A DNA stretch of 64,000 nucleotides from Leptogorgia sarmentosa (taxonomy: Eukaryota): contig OZ210884.1 of NCBI GenBank assembly GCA_964658305.1, forward strand, positions 2,604,001 to 2,668,000. Reading direction: 5' to 3'. Shown here in pieces: positions 1-15,000 of the stretch (positions are counted from its first letter, which is position 1; every line of letters starts with the position of its first letter). A program made the position numbers and the translations under genes. The notes beneath the pieces were generated by a model. The model was given only the letters and a program-made list of their open reading frames with translations. It had not been told where the DNA came from and did no database searches.

Positions 1-3000
1 TAGGCCGTTTTTGGCTCGTAGTTCAGAGTTCTTCAGAGTGTTTCAGAGTAATTCAGAATACGTAAAAACCGCTAGGCCGTTTTTGGCGCTTAGTACGTAC
101 AGAGTTCTTCAGAGTGTTTCAGGTAATTGAGAGTAAGTGAAAAATCGCTAGGCCGTTTTTGGCTCGTTGTTCAGAGTTCTTCAGAGTGTTTCAGAGTAAT
201 TCAGAGGAGGTGAAAAATCGCTAGCCCGTTTTTGGCTCGTAGTTCAGAGTTCTTCAGAGTGTTTCAGATTAAATCAGAGGAGGTGAAAAATCGCTAGGCC
301 GTTTTTGGCTCGTAGTTCAGAGTTCTTCAGAGTGTTTCAGAGTATTTCAGAGTAAGTGAAAAATCGCTAGGCCTTTTTTGGCTCGTAGTACGTACAGAGT
401 TCTTCAGAGTGTTTCAGGGTAATTCAGAGGAGGTGAAAAATTGCTAGGTCGTTTTTGGCTCGTAGTTCAGAGTTCTTCAGAGTGTTTCAGAGTAATTCAG
501 TGGAGCAGAAAAATCGCTAGGCTGTTTTTGGCTTGTAGTACGTACAGAGTTCTTCAGAGTGTTTCAGAGTATTTCAGAGTAAGTGAAAAATCGCTAGGCC
601 TTTTTTGGCTCGTAGTACGTACAGAGTTCTTCAGAGTGTTTCAGGTAATTGAGAGTAAGTGAAAAATCGCTAGGCCGTTTTTGGCTCGTAGTTCAGAGTT
701 CTTCAGAGTGTTTCAGAGTAATTCAGAGTACGTAAAAACCGCTAGGCCGTTTTTCGCGCTTAGTACGTACAGAGTTCTTCAGAGTGTTTCAGGTAATTGA
801 GAGTAAGTGAAAAATCGCTAGGCCGTTTTTGGCTCGTAGTTCAGAGTTCTTCAGAGTGTTTCAGAGTAATTCAGAGTAAGTGAAATATCGCTAGGCCATT
901 TTTGGCTAGTAGTTCAGAGTTCTTCAGAATGTTTCAGAGTAATTCAGAGTACGTGAAAAACCGCTAGGCCGTTTTTGGCTAATAGTTCAGAGTTCTTCAG
1001 AGTGTTTCAGAGTAATTCAGAGTACGTGAAAAACCGCTAGGCCGTATTTGGCTCGTGGTACAGAGTTCTTCAGAGTGTTCCAGGTGATTGAGAGTAAGTG
1101 AAAAATCGCTAGGCAGTTTTTGGCTCGTAGTTCAGAGATCTTCAGAGTGTTTCAGAGTAATTCAGAGGAGGTGAAAAATCGCTAGCCCGTTTTTGGCTCG
1201 TAGTTCAGAGTTCTTCAGAGTGTTTCAGATTAAATCAGAGGAGGTGAAAAATCGCTAGGCCGTTTTTGGCTCGTAGTTCAGAGTTCTTCAGAGTGTTTCA
1301 GAGTATTTCAGAGTAAGTGAAAAATCGCTAGGCCTTTTTTGGCTCGTAGTACGTACAGAGTTCTTCAGAGTGTTTCAGGTAATTGAGAGTAAGTGAAAAA
1401 TCGCTAGGCCGTTTTTGGCTCGTAGTTCAGAGTTCTTCAGAGTGTTTCAGAGTAATTCAGAGTACGTAAAAACCGCTAGGCCGTTTTTCGCGCTTAGTAC
1501 GTACAGAGTTCTTCAGAGTGTTTCAGGTAATTGAGAGTAAGTGAAAAATCGCTAGGCCGTTTTTGGCTCGTTGTTCAGAGTTCTTCAGAGTGTTTCAGAG
1601 TAATTCAGAGGAGGTGAAAAATCGCTAGGCCATTTTTGGCTCGTAGTTCAGAGTTCTTCACAGTGTTTCAGAGTAATACAGAGGGGGAGAAAAATCGCTA
1701 GACCGTTTTTGGCTCGTAGTTCAGAGTTCTTCAGAGTGTTTCAGAGTATTTCAGAGTAAGTGAAAAATCGCTAGGTCTTTTTTGGCTCGTAGTACGTACA
1801 GAGTTCTTCAGAGTGTTTCAGGTAATTGAGAGTAAGTGAAAAATCGCTAGGCCGTTTTTGGCTCGTGGTTCAGAGTTCTTCAGAGTGTTTCAGAGTAATT
1901 CAGAGGGGGAGAAAAATCGCTAGGCCGTTTTTGGCTCGTAGTTCAGAGTTCTTCAGAGTGTTTCAGACTAATTCAGAGGAGGTGAAAATTCGCTAGGCCG
2001 TTTTTGGCTCGTAGTTCAGAGTTCTTCAGAGTGTTTCAGAGTAATTCAGAGGGGGAGAAAAATCGCTAGACCGTTTTTGGCTCGTAGTACGTACAGAGTT
2101 CTTCAGAGTGGTTCAGGTAATTGAGAGTAAGTGAAAAATCGCTAGACCGTTTTTGGCTCGTAGTTCAGAGTTCTTCAGAGTGTTTCAGAGTAATTCAGTT
2201 GAGTAGAAAAATCGCTAGCCTGTTTTTGGCTCGTAGTACGTACAGAGTTCTTCAGAGTGTTTCAGGTAATTGAAAGTAAGTGCAAAATCGCTAGGCCGTT
2301 TTTGGCACGTAGTTCAGAGTTTTTCAGAGTGTTTCAGAGTAATTCAGAGTAAGTGAAAAATCGCTAGGCCATTTTTGGCTCGTAGTACGTTCAGAGTTGT
2401 TCATAGTGTTTCAGGTAATTGAGAGTAAGTGAAAAATCGCTAGGCCGTTTTTGGCTCGTAGTTCAGAGTTCTTCAGAGTGTTTCAGAGTAACTCAGAGGA
2501 GGTGAAAAATCGCTAGGCCATTTTTGGCTCGTAGTTCAGAGTTCTTCAGAGTGTTTCAGTGTAATTCAGAGAAAGTGAAATATCGCTAGGCCATTTTTGG
2601 CTAGTAGTTCAGAGTTCTTCAGAGTGTTTCAGAGTAATTCAGAGTACGTGAAAAACCGCTAGGCCGTTTTTGGCTCGTAGTTCAGAGTTCTTCAGAGTTT
2701 TTCAGAGTAATTCAGAGTACGTGAAAAACCGCTAGGCCGTATTTGGCTCGTGGTACAGAGTTCTTCAGAGTGTTCCAGGTGATTGAGAGTAAGTGAAAAA
2801 TCGCTAGGCCGTTTTTGGCTCGTAGTTCAGAGATCTTCAGAGTGTTTCAGAGTAATTCAGAGGAGGTGAAAAATCGCTAGCCCGTTTTTGGCTCGTAGTT
2901 CAGAGTTCTTCAGAGTGTTTCAGAGTAATTCAGAGTAAGTGAAAAATCGCTAGGCCATTTTTGGCTAGTAGTACAGAGTTCTTCAGAGTGTTTCCGAGTA

Positions 3001-6000
3001 ATTCAGAGTACGTGAAAAACCGCTAGGCCGTATTTGGCTCATGGTACAGAGTTCTTCAGAGTGTTTCAGAGTAATTCAGAGGAGGTGAAAAATCGCTAGG
3101 CCGTTTTTGACCCGTAGTTCTGAGTTCTTCAGGGTGTTTCAGAGCAATTCAGAGTAAGTGAAAAATCGCTAGGCCGTTTTTGGCTCGTAGTTCAGAGTTC
3201 TTCAGAGTGTTTCAGAGTAATTCAGAGGAGGTGAAAAATCACTAGGCCGTATTTGGTTCGTGGTACAGAGTTCTGCAGAGTGTTTCAGGTGATTGAGAGT
3301 AAGTGAAAATTCGCTAGGCCGTTTTTGGCTCGTAGTTCAGAGTTCTTCAGAGTGTTTAAGAGTAATTGAGAGTACGTGAAAACCGCTAGGGCGTTTTTGG
3401 CTCGTAGTTCAGAGTTCTTCAGAGTGTTTCAGAGTAATTCAGATGGGGAGAACAAATGCTAGACCGTTTTTGCCTCGTAGTTCAGAGTTCTTCAGAGTGT
3501 TTCAGAGTAATTCTGAGTAAGTGAAAAATCGCTAGGCCGGTTTTGGCTCGTAGTTCAGAGTTCTTCAGAGTGTTTCAGAGTAATACAGAGGGGGAGAAAA
3601 ATCGCTAGACCGTTTTTGGCTCGTAGTTCTGTGTTCTTGAGAGTGTTTCAGAGTAATTCAGAGTACGTAAAAACCGCTAGGCCGTTTTTGGCTCGTAGTT
3701 CAGAGTTCTTCAGAATGTTTCAGAGTAATTCATAGTAAGTGAAAAATCGCTAGGCCGTTTTTGGCTCGTAGTTCAGAGTACTTCAGAGTGTTTCAGACTA
3801 ATTCAGAGTAAGTGAAAAATCGCTAGGCCATTTTTGGCTAGTAGTTCAGAGTTCTTCAGAGTGTTTCAGAGTAATTCATAGTAAGTGAAAAATCGCTAGG
3901 CCGATTTTGGTTCGTAGTTCAGATTTCTTCAGAGTGTTTCAGAGTAATTCAGAGTAAGTGAAAAATCGCTAGGCCATTTTTGGCTAGTAGTTCAGAGTTC
4001 TTCAGAGTGTTTCAGAGTAATTCAGATGGGGAGAAAAAATGCTAGACCGTTTTTGCCTCGTAGTTCAGAGTTCTTCAGAGTGTTTCAGAGTAATTCTGAG
4101 TAAGTGAAAAATCGCTAGGCCGGTTTTGGCTCGTAGTTCAGAGTTCTTCAGAGTGTTTCAGAGTAATTCAGAGTAATTCAGAGGGGGTGAAAAATCGCTA
4201 GGCCGTTTTTGGCTCGTAGTTCAGATTTCTTCAGAGTGTTTCATAGTAATAGAGAGTGAGTGAAAAATCGCTAGCCCGTTTTTGGCTCGTAGTTCAGAGT
4301 TCTTCAGAGTGTTTCCGAGTAATTCAGAGTACGTGAAAAACCGCTAGGCCGTATTTGGCTCGTGGTATACAGAGTTCTTCAGAGTGTTTCAGAGTAATTC
4401 AGAGGAGGTGAAAAATCGCCAGGCCGTTTTTGGCTCGTAGTTCAGATTTCTTCAGAGTGTTTCAGAGTAATTCAGAGTAAGTGAAAAATCGCTAGGCCAT
4501 TTTTGCTAGTAGTTCAGAGTTCTTCAGAGTGTTTCAGAGTAATTCATAGTAAGTGAAAAATCGCTTGGCCGTTTTTGGCTCGTAGTTCAGAGTTCTTAAG
4601 AGTGTTTCAGAGTAATTCAGAGTAAGTGAAAAATCGCTAGGCCATTTTTGGCTCGTAGTTCAGAGTTCTTCAGAGTGTTTCAGAGTAATTCAGAGTAAGG
4701 GAAAAATCGTTAGGCCGTTTCTGGCTCGTAGTTCAGAGTTCTTCAGAGTGTTTCAGAGTAATTCAGAGTAAGTGAAAAATCGGTAGGCCATTGTTGGTTC
4801 GTAGTTCAGAGTTCTTCAGAGTGTTTCAGAGTAATTCAGAGTAAGTGAAAAAATGCTAGGCCATTTTTGGCTAGTAGTTCAGAGTACTTCAGAGTGTTTC
4901 AGAGTAATTCAGAGTACGTGAAAAACCGCTAGGCCGTTTTTGGCTCGTAGTTCAGAGTTCTTCAGTGTGTTTCAGAGTAATTCAGAGTACGTTAAAATCG
5001 CTAGCCGTTTTTGGCTCGTATTTCAGAGTTCTTCTGAGTGTTTCAGAGTAATTCAGAGTATGTGAAAAATCGCTAGGCCATTTTTGACCCGTAGTTAGAA
5101 AAATCGCTAGGTCGTTTTTTGCTCGTAGTTCAGAGTTGTTCAGAGTGTTTCAGAGGAATTCAGAGGAGGAGAAAAATCGCTAGGCTTTTTTTTGGCTCGT
5201 AGTTCAGAGTTCTTCAGAGTGTTTCAGAGTAATTGAGAGTAAGTGAAAAATCGCTAGGCCGTTTTTTGCTCGTAGTTCAGAGTTGTTCAGAGTGTTTCAG
5301 AGTAATTCAGAAGGGGAGAAAAATCGCTAGCCCGTTTTTGGCTCGTAGTTCAGAGTTCTTCAGAGTGTTTCAGGTGATTCAGAGTAAGTGAAAAATCGCT
5401 AGGTCGTTTTTGGCTCGTAGTTCAGAGTTCTTCAGAGTGTTTCAGAGTATTTCAGAGTAAGTGAAAAATCGCTAGGCCTTTTTTGGCTCGTAGTACGTAC
5501 AGAGTTCTTCAGAGTGTTTCAGGTCATTGAGAGTAAGTGAAAAATCGCTAGGCCGTTTTTGGCTCGTGGTTCAGAGTTCTTCAGAGTGTTTCAGAGTAAT
5601 TGAGAGGGGGAGAAAAATCGCTAGACCCGTTTTTGGCTCGTAGTTCAGAGTTCTTCAGAGTGTTTCAGAGTAATTCAGAGTACGTAAAAACCGCTAGGCC
5701 GTTTTTGGCTCGTAGTACGTACAGAGTTCTTCAGAGTGTTTCAGGTAATTGAGAGTAAGTGAAAAATTGCTAGGCCGTTTTTGGCTCGTAGTTCAGAGTT
5801 CTTCAGAGTGTTTCAGAGTAATTCAGAGGACGTGGAAAATCGCTAGGCTATTTTTGGCTCGTAGTTCAGAGTTCTTCACAGTGTTTCAGAGTAATTCAGA
5901 TGGGGAGTAAAAATGCTAGACCGTTTTTGGCTCGTAGTTCAGAGTTCTTCAGAGTGTTTCAGTGTAATTGAGAGTAAGTGAAAAATCGCTAGGCCATTTT

Positions 6001-9000
6001 TGACTCGTAGTTCAGAGTTCTTCAGAGTGTTTCAGAGTAATTCAGAAGGGGAGAAAAATCGCTAGCCCGTTTTTGGCTCGTTTTTCAGAGTTCTTCAGAG
6101 TGTTTCAGAGTTAGTGAAAAATCACTAGGCCGTTTTTGGCTCGTAGTTCATAGTTCTTCAGAGTATTTCAGAGTAAGTGAAAAATCGCTAGGCCATTTTT
6201 GGCTCGTAGTTCATAGTTCTTCAGAGTATTTCAGAGTAAGTGAAAAATCGCTAGGCCATTTTTGGCTCGTAGTTCAGAGTTCTTCAGAGTATTTCAGAGT
6301 AAGTGAAAAATCGCTAGGCCATTTTTGGCTCGTAGTTCAACGTTCTTCAGAGTGTTTCAGAGTAATTGAGAGTAAGTTAAAAATCGCTAGGCCGTTTTTG
6401 GCTCGTAGTTCATAGTTCCTCAGAGTATTTCAGAGTAAGTGAATAGTCGCTAGGCCGTTTTTGGCTCGTAGTTCATAGTTCCTCAGAGTATTTCAGAGTA
6501 AGTGAAAAATCGCTAGGCCGTTTTTGGCTCGTAGTTCATAGTTCCTCAGAGTATTTCAGAGTAAGTGAAAAATCGCTAGGCCGTTTTTGGCTCGTAGTTC
6601 ATAGTTCCTCAGAGTATTTCAGAGTAAGTGAATAGTCGCTAGGTCGTTTTTGGCTCGTAGTTTACAGTTCTTCAGAGTGTTTCAGAGTAATTCAGAGGAG
6701 GTGAAAAATCGCTAGACCGTTTTTGGCTCGAAGTTCAACGTTCTTCAGAGTATGTCAGAGTAAGTGAAAAGTCGCTAGGCCGTTTTTGGCTCGTAGTTCA
6801 GAGTTCGTCAGAGTGTTTCAGATTAATTCAGAGGAAGTGAAAAATCGCTAGGCCGTTTTTTGCTCGTAGTTCAGAGTTCGTCAGAGTGTTTCAGAGTAAT
6901 TCAGAGGAGGTGAAAAATCGCTAGGCCGTTTTTGACTCGTAGTTCAGAGTTCTTCAGAGTGTTTCAGATTAAATCAGAGGAGGTGAAAAATCGCTAGGCC
7001 GTTTTTGGCTCGTAGTTCAGAGTTCTTCAGAGTGTTTCAGAGTATTTCAGAGTAAGTGAAAAATCGCTAGGCCTTTTTTGGCTCGTAGTACGTACAGAGT
7101 TCTTCAGAGTGTTTCAGGTAATTGAGAGTAAGTGAAAAATCGCTAGGCCGTTTTTGGCTCGTAGTTCAGAGTTCTTCAGAGTGTTTCAGAGTAATTCAGA
7201 GTACGTAAAAACCGCTAGGCCGTTTTTCGCGCTTAGTACGTACAGAGTTCTTCAGAGTGTTTCAGGTAATTGAGAGTAAGTGAAAAATCGCTAGGCCGTT
7301 TTTGGCTCGTTGTTCAGAGTTCTTCAGAGTGTTTCAGAGTAATTCAGAGGAGGTGAAAAATCGCTAGGCCATTTTTGGCTCGTAGTTCAGAGTTCTTCAC
7401 AGTGTTTCAGAGTAATACAGAGGGGGAGAAAAATCGCTAGACCGTTTTTGGCTCGTAGTTCAGAGTTCTTCAGAGTGTTTCAGAGTATTTCAGAGTAAGT
7501 GAAAAATCGCTAGGCCTTTTTTGGCTCGTAGTACGTACAGAGTTCTTCAGAGTGTTTCAGGTAATTGAGAGTAAGTGAAAAATGGCTAGGCCGTTTTTGG
7601 CTCGTAGTTCAGAGTTCTTCAGAGTGTTTCAGAGTAATTCAGAGTACGTAAAAACCGCTAGGCCGTTTTTCGCGCTTAGTACGTACAGAGTTCTTCAGAG
7701 TGTTTCAGGTAATTGAGAGTAAGTGAAAAATCGCTAGGCCGTTTTTGGCTCGTTGTTCAGAGTTCTTCAGAGTGTTTCAGAGTAATTCAGAGGAGGTGAA
7801 AAATCGCTAGGCCATTTTTGGCTCGTAGTTCAGAGTTCTTCACAGTGTTTCAGAGTAATACAGAGGGGGAGAAAAATCGCTAGACCGTTTTTGGCTCGTA
7901 GTTCAGAGTTCTTCAGAGTGTTTCAGAGTATTTCAGAGTAAGTGAAAAATCGCTAGGTCTTTTTTGGCTCGTAGTACGTACAGAGTTCTTCAGAGTGTTT
8001 CAGGTAATTGAGAGTAAGTGAAAAATCGCTAGGCCGTTTTTGGCTCGTGGTTCAGAGTTCTTCAGAGTGTTTCAGAGTAATTCAGAGGGCGAGAAAAATC
8101 GCTAGACCGTTTTTGGCTCGTAGTTCAGAGTTCTTCAGAGTGTTTCAGAGTAATTCAGAGTACGTAAAAACCGCTAGGCCGTTTTTGGCTCGTAGTTCAG
8201 AGTTCTTCAGAGTGTTTCAGAGTAATTCAGAGGAGGTGAAAAATCACTAGGCCGTATTTGGTTCGTGGTACAGAGTTCTTCAGAGTGTTTCAGGTGATTG
8301 AGAGTAAGTGAAAATTCGCTAGGCCGTTTTTGGCTCGTAGTTCAGAGTTCTTCAGAGTAATTCTGAGGAGGTTAAAAATCGCTAGGCCGTTTTTGGCTCG
8401 TAGTTCAGAGTTCTTCAGAGTGTTTAAGAGTAATTGAGAGTACGTGAAAACCGCTAGGGCGTTTTTGGCTCGTAGTTCAGAGTTCTTCAGAGTGTTTCAG
8501 AGTAATTCAGAGGGGGAGAAAAATCGCTAGGCCGTTTTTGGCTCGTAGTTCAGAGTTCTTCAGAGTGTTTCAGACTAATTCAGAGGAGGTGAAAAATCGC
8601 TAGGCCGTTTTTGGCTCGTAGTTCAGAGTTCTTCAGAGTGTTTCAGAGTAATTCAGAGGGGGAGAAAAATCGCTAGACCGTTTTTGGCTCGTAGTTCTGT
8701 GTTCTTGAGAGTGTTTCAGAGTAATTCAGAGTACGTAAAAACCGCTAGGCCGTTTTTGGCTCGTAGTTCAGAGTTCTTCAGAGTGTTTCAGAGTATTTCA
8801 GAGTAAGTGAAAAATCGCTAGGCCTTTTTTGGCTCGTAGTTCAGAGTTCTTCAGAGTGTTTCAGAGTATTTCAGAGTAAGTGAAAAATCGCTAGGCCTTT
8901 TTTGGCTCGTAGTACGTACAGAGTTCTTCAGAGTGTTTCAGGTAATTGAGAGTAAGTGAAAAATCGCTAGGCCGTTTTTGGCTCGTGGTTCAGAGTTCTT

Positions 9001-12000
9001 CAGAGTGTTTCAGAGTAATTCAGAGGGCGAGAAAAATCGCTAGACCGTTTTTGGCTCGTAGTTCAGAGTTCTTCAGAGTGTTTCAGAGTAAATCAGAGGA
9101 GGTGAAAAATCGCTAGGCCGTTTTTGGCTCGTAGTTCAGAGTTCTTCAGAGTGTTCAGAGTATGTCAGAGTAAGTGAAAAATCGCTAGGCCGTTTTTGGC
9201 TCGTAGTACGTACAGAGTTCTTCAGAGTGTTTCAGGTAATTGAGAGTAAGTGCAAAATCGCTAGGCCGTTTTTGGCACGTAGTTCAGAGTTCTTCAGAGT
9301 GTTTCAGAGTAATTCAGAGGAGGTGAAAAATTGCTAGGCCATTTTTGGCTAGTAGTTCAGAGTTCTTCAGAGTGTTTCAGAGTAATTCAGAGTACGTGAA
9401 AAACCGCTAGGCCGTATTTGGCTCGTGGTACAGAGTTCTTCAGAGTGTTCCAGGTGATTGAGAGTAAGTGAAAAATCGCTAGGCAGTTTTTGGCTCGTAG
9501 TTCAGAGATCTTCAGAGTGTTTCAGAGTTATTCAGAGGAGGTGAAAAATCGCTAGCCCGTTTTTGGCTCGTAGTTCAGAGTTCTTCAGAGTGTTTCAGAT
9601 TAAATCAGAGGAGGTGAAAAATCGCTAGGCCGTTTTTGGCTCGTAGTTCAGAGTTCTTCAGAGTGTTTCAGAGTATTTCAGAGTAAGTGAAAAATCGCTA
9701 GGCCTTTTTTGGCTCGTAGTACGTACAGAGTTCTTCAGAGTGTTTCAGGGTAATTCAGAGGAGGTGAAAAATTGCTAGGCCGTTTTTGGCTCGTAGTTCA
9801 GAGTTCTTCAGAGTGTTTCAGAGTAATTCAGTGGAGTAGAAAAATCGCTAGGCTGTTTTTGGCTTGTAGTACGTACAGAGTTCTTCAGAGTGTTTCAGGT
9901 AATTGAGAGTAAGTGCAAAATCGCTAGGCCGTTTTTGGCTCGTAGTTCAGAGTTCTTCAGAGTGTTTCAGAGTAATTCAGAGTAAGTGAAATATCGCTAG
10001 GCCATTTTTAGCTAGTAGTTCAGAGTTCTTCAGAATGTTTCAGAGTAATTCAGAGTACGTGAAAAACCGCTAGGCCGTTTTTGGCTAATAGTTCAGAGTT
10101 CTTCAGAGTGTTTCAGAGTAATTCAGAGTACGTGAAAAACCGCTAGGCTGTATTTGGCTCGTGGTACAGAGTTCTTCAGAGTGTTCCAGGTGATTGAGAG
10201 TAAGTGAAAAATCGCTAGGCAGTTTTTGGCTCGTAGTTCAGAGATCTTCAGAGTGTTTCAGAGTAATTCAGAGGAGGTGAAAAATCGCTAGCCCGTTTTT
10301 GGCTCGTAGTTCAGAGTTCTTCAGAGTGTTTCAGATTAAATCAGAGGAGGTGAAAAATCGCTAGGCCGTTTTTGGCTCGTAGTTCAGAGTTCTTCAGAGT
10401 GTTTCAGAGTATTTCAGAGTAAGTGAAAAATCGCTAGCCCTTTTTTGGCTCGTAGTACGTACAGAGTTCTTCAGAGTGTTTCAGGGTAATTCAGAGGAGG
10501 TGAAAAATTGCTAGGTCGTTTTTGGCTCGTAGTTCAGAGTTCTTCAGAGTGTTTCAGAGTAATTCAGTGGAGTAGAAAAATCGCTAGGCTGTTTTTGGCT
10601 TGTAGTACGTACAGAGTTCTTCAGAGTGTTTCAGGTAATTGAGAGTAAGTGCAAAATCGCTAGGCCGTTTTTGGCTCGTAGTTCAGAGTTCTTCAGAGTG
10701 TTTCAGAGTAATTCAGAGTAAGTGAAAAATCGCTAGGCCATTTTTGCTAGTAGTTCAGAGTTCTTCAGAGTGTTTCAGAGTAATTCATAGTAAGTGAAAA
10801 ATCGCTTGGCCGTTTTTGGCTCGTAGTTCAGAGTTCTTAAGAGTGTTTCAGAGTAATTCAGAGTAAGTGAAAAATCGCTAGGCCATTTTTGGCTCGTAGT
10901 TCAGAGTTCTTCAGAGTGTTTCAGAGTAATTCAGAGTAAGGGAAAAATCGTTAGGCCGTTTCTGGCTCGTAGTTCAGAGTTCTTCAGAGTGTTTCAGAGT
11001 AATTCAGAGTAAGTGAAAAATCGGTAGGCCATTGTTGGTTCGTAGTTCAGAGTTCTTCAGAGTGTTTCAGAGTAATTCAGAGTAAGTGAAAAAATGCTAG
11101 GCCATTTTTGGCTAGTAGTTCAGAGTACTTCAGAGTGTTTCAGAGTAATTCAGAGTACGTGAAAAACCGCTAGGCCGTTTTTGGCTCGTAGTTCAGAGTT
11201 CTTCAGTGTGTTTCAGAGTAATTCAGAGTACGTTAAAATCGCTAGCCGTTTTTGGCTCGTATTTCAGAGTTCTTCTGAGTGTTTCAGAGTAATTCAGAGT
11301 ATGTGAAAAATCGCTAGGCCATTTTTGACCCGTAGTTAGAAAAATCGCTAGGTCGTTTTTTGCTCGTAGTTCAGAGTTGTTCAGAGTGTTTCAGAGGAAT
11401 TCAGAGGAGGAGAAAAATCGCTAGGCTTTTTTTTGGCTCGTAGTTCAGAGTTCTTCAGAGTGTTTCAGAGTAATTGAGAGTAAGTGAAAAATCGCTAGGC
11501 CGTTTTTTGCTCGTAGTTCAGAGTTGTTCAGAGTGTTTCAGAGTAATTCAGAAGGGGAGAAAAATCGCTAGCCCGTTTTTGGCTCGTAGTTCAGAGTTCT
11601 TCAGAGTGTTTCAGGTGATTCAGAGTAAGTGAAAAATCGCTAGGTCGTTTTTGGCTCGTAGTTCAGAGTTCTTCAGAGTGTTTCAGAGTATTTCAGAGTA
11701 AGTGAAAAATCGCTAGGCCTTTTTTGGCTCGTAGTACGTACAGAGTTCTTCAGAGTGTTTCAGGTCATTGAGAGTAAGTGAAAAATCGCTAGGCCGTTTT
11801 TGGCTCGTGGTTCAGAGTTCTTCAGAGTGTTTCAGAGTAATTGAGAGGGGGAGAAAAATCGCTAGACCCGTTTTTGGCTCGTAGTTCAGAGTTCTTCAGA
11901 GTGTTTCAGAGTAATTCAGAGTACGTAAAAACCGCTAGGCCGTTTTTGGCTCGTAGTACGTACAGAGTTCTTCAGAGTGTTTCAGGTAATTGAGAGTAAG

Positions 12001-15000
12001 TGAAAAATTGCTAGGCCGTTTTTGGCTCGTAGTTCAGAGTTCTTCAGAGTGTTTCAGAGTAATTCAGAGGACGTGGAAAATCGCTAGGCTATTTTTGGCT
12101 CGTAGTTCAGAGTTCTTCACAGTGTTTCAGAGTAATTCAGATGGGGAGTAAAAATGCTAGACCGTTTTTGGCTCGTAGTTCAGAGTTCTTCAGAGTGTTT
12201 CAGTGTAATTGAGAGTAAGTGAAAAATCGCTAGGCCATTTTTGACTCGTAGTTCAGAGTTCTTCAGAGTGTTTCAGAGTAATTCAGAAGGGGAGAAAAAT
12301 CGCTAGCCCGTTTTTGGCTCGTTTTTCAGAGTTCTTCAGAGTGTTTCAGAGTTAGTGAAAAATCACTAGGCCGTTTTTGGCTCGTAGTTCATAGTTCTTC
12401 AGAGTATTTCAGAGTAAGTGAAAAATCGCTAGGCCATTTTTGGCTCGTAGTTCATAGTTCTTCAGAGTATTTCAGAGTAAGTGAAAAATCGCTAGGCCAT
12501 TTTTGGCTCGTAGTTCAGAGTTCTTCAGAGTATTTCAGAGTAAGTGAAAAATCGCTAGGCCATTTTTGGCTCGTAGTTCAACGTTCTTCAGAGTGTTTCA
12601 GAGTAATTGAGAGTAAGTTAAAAATCGCTAGGCCGTTTTTGGCTCGTATTTCATAGTTCATCAGAGTATTTCAGAGTAAGTGAAAAGTCGCTATGCCGTT
12701 TTTGGCTCGTAGTTCATAGTTCCTCAGAGTATTTCAGAGTAAGTGAATAGTCGCTAGGCCGTTTTTGGCTCGTAGTTCATAGTTCCTCAGAGTATTTCAG
12801 AGTAAGTGAAAAATCGCTAGGCCGTTTTTGGCTCGTAGTTCATAGTTCCTCAGAGTATTTCAGAGTAAGTGAAAAATCGCTAGGCCGTTTTTGGCTCGTA
12901 GTTCATAGTTCCTCAGAGTATTTCAGAGTAAGTGAATAGTCGCTAGGTCGTTTTTGGCTCGTAGTTTACAGTTCTTCAGAGTGTTTCAGAGTAATTCAGA
13001 GGAGGTGAAAAATCGCTAGACCGTTTTTGGCTCGAAGTTCAACGTTCTTCAGAGTATGTCAGAGTAAGTGAAAAGTCGCTAGGCCGTTTTTGGCTCGTAG
13101 TTCAGAGTTCGTCAGAGTGTTTCAGATTAATTCAGAGGAAGTGAAAAATCGCTAGGCCGTTTTTTGCTCGTAGTTCAGAGTTCGTCAGAGTGTTTCAGAG
13201 TAATTCAGAGGAGGTGAAAAATCGCTAGGCCGTTTTTGACTCGTAGTTCAGAGTTCTTCAGAGTGTTTCAGATTAAATCAGAGGAGGTGAAAAATCGCTA
13301 GGCCGTTTTTGGCTCGTAGTTCAGAGTTCTTCAGAGTGTTTCAGAGTATTTCAGAGTAAGTGAAAAATCGCTAGGCCTTTTTTGGCTCGTAGTACGTACA
13401 GAGTTCTTCAGAGTGTTTCAGGTAATTGAGAGTAAGTGAAAAATCGCTAGGCCGTTTTTGGCTCGTAGTTCAGAGTTCTTCAGAGTGTTTCAGAGTAATT
13501 CAGAGTACGTAAAAACCGCTAGGCCGTTTTTCGCGCTTAGTACGTACAGAGTTCTTCAGAGTGTTTCAGGTAATTGAGAGTAAGTGAAAAATCGCTAGGC
13601 CGTTTTTGGCTCGTTGTTCAGAGTTCTTCAGAGTGTTTCAGAGTAATTCAGAGGAGGTGAAAAATCGCTAGGCCATTTTTGGCTCGTAGTTCAGAGTTCT
13701 TCACAGTGTTTCAGAGTAATACAGAGGGGGAGAAAAATCGCTAGACCGTTTTTGGCTCGTAGTTCAGAGTTCTTCAGAGTGTTTCAGAGTATTTCAGAGT
13801 AAGTGAAAAATCGCTAGGCCTTTTTTGGCTCGTAGTACGTACAGAGTTCTTCAGAGTGTTTCAGGTAATTGAGAGTAAGTGAAAAATGGCTAGGCCGTTT
13901 TTGGCTCGTAGTTCAGAGTTCTTCAGAGTGTTTCAGAGTAATTCAGAGTACGTAAAAACCGCTAGGCCGTTTTTCGCGCTTAGTACGTACAGAGTTCTTC
14001 AGAGTGTTTCAGGTAATTGAGAGTAAGTGAAAAATCGCTAGGCCGTTTTTGGCTCGTTGTTCAGAGTTCTTCAGAGTGTTTCAGAGTAATTCAGAGGAGG
14101 TGAAAAATCGCTAGGCCATTTTTGGCTCGTAGTTCAGAGTTCTTCACAGTGTTTCAGAGTAATACAGAGGGGGAGAAAAATCGCTAGACCGTTTTTGGCT
14201 CGTAGTTCAGAGTTCTTCAGAGTGTTTCAGAGTATTTCAGAGTAAGTGAAAAATCGCTAGGTCTTTTTTGGCTCGTAGTACGTACAGAGTTCTTCAGAGT
14301 GTTTCAGGTAATTGAGAGTAAGTGAAAAATCGCTAGGCCGTTTTTGGCTCGTGGTTCAGAGTTCTTCAGAGTGTTTCAGAGTAATTCAGAGGGCGAGAAA
14401 AATCGCTAGACCGTTTTTGGCTCGTAGTTCAGAGTTCTTCAGAGTGTTTCAGAGTAATTCAGAGTACGTAAAAACCGCTAGGCCGTTTTTGGCTCGTAGT
14501 TCAGAGTTCTTCAGAGTGTTTCAGAGTAATTCAGAGGAGGTGAAAAATCACTAGGCCGTATTTGGTTCGTGGTACAGAGTTCTTCAGAGTGTTTCAGGTG
14601 ATTGAGAGTAAGTGAAAATTCGCTAGGCCGTTTTTGGCTCGTAGTTCAGAGTTCTTCAGAGTAATTCTGAGGAGGTTAAAAATCGCTAGGCCGTTTTTGG
14701 CTCGTAGTTCAGAGTTCTTCAGAGTGTTTAAGAGTAATTGAGAGTACGTGAAAACCGCTAGGGCGTTTTTGGCTCGTAGTTCAGAGTTCTTCAGAGTGTT
14801 TCAGAGTAATTCAGAGGGGGAGAAAAATCGCTAGGCCGTTTTTGGCTCGTAGTTCAGAGTTCTTCAGAGTGTTTCAGACTAATTCAGAGGAGGTGAAAAA
14901 TCGCTAGGCCGTTTTTGGCTCGTAGTTCAGAGTTCTTCAGAGTGTTTCAGAGTAATTCAGAGGGGGAGAAAAATCGCTAGACCGTTTTTGGCTCGTAGTT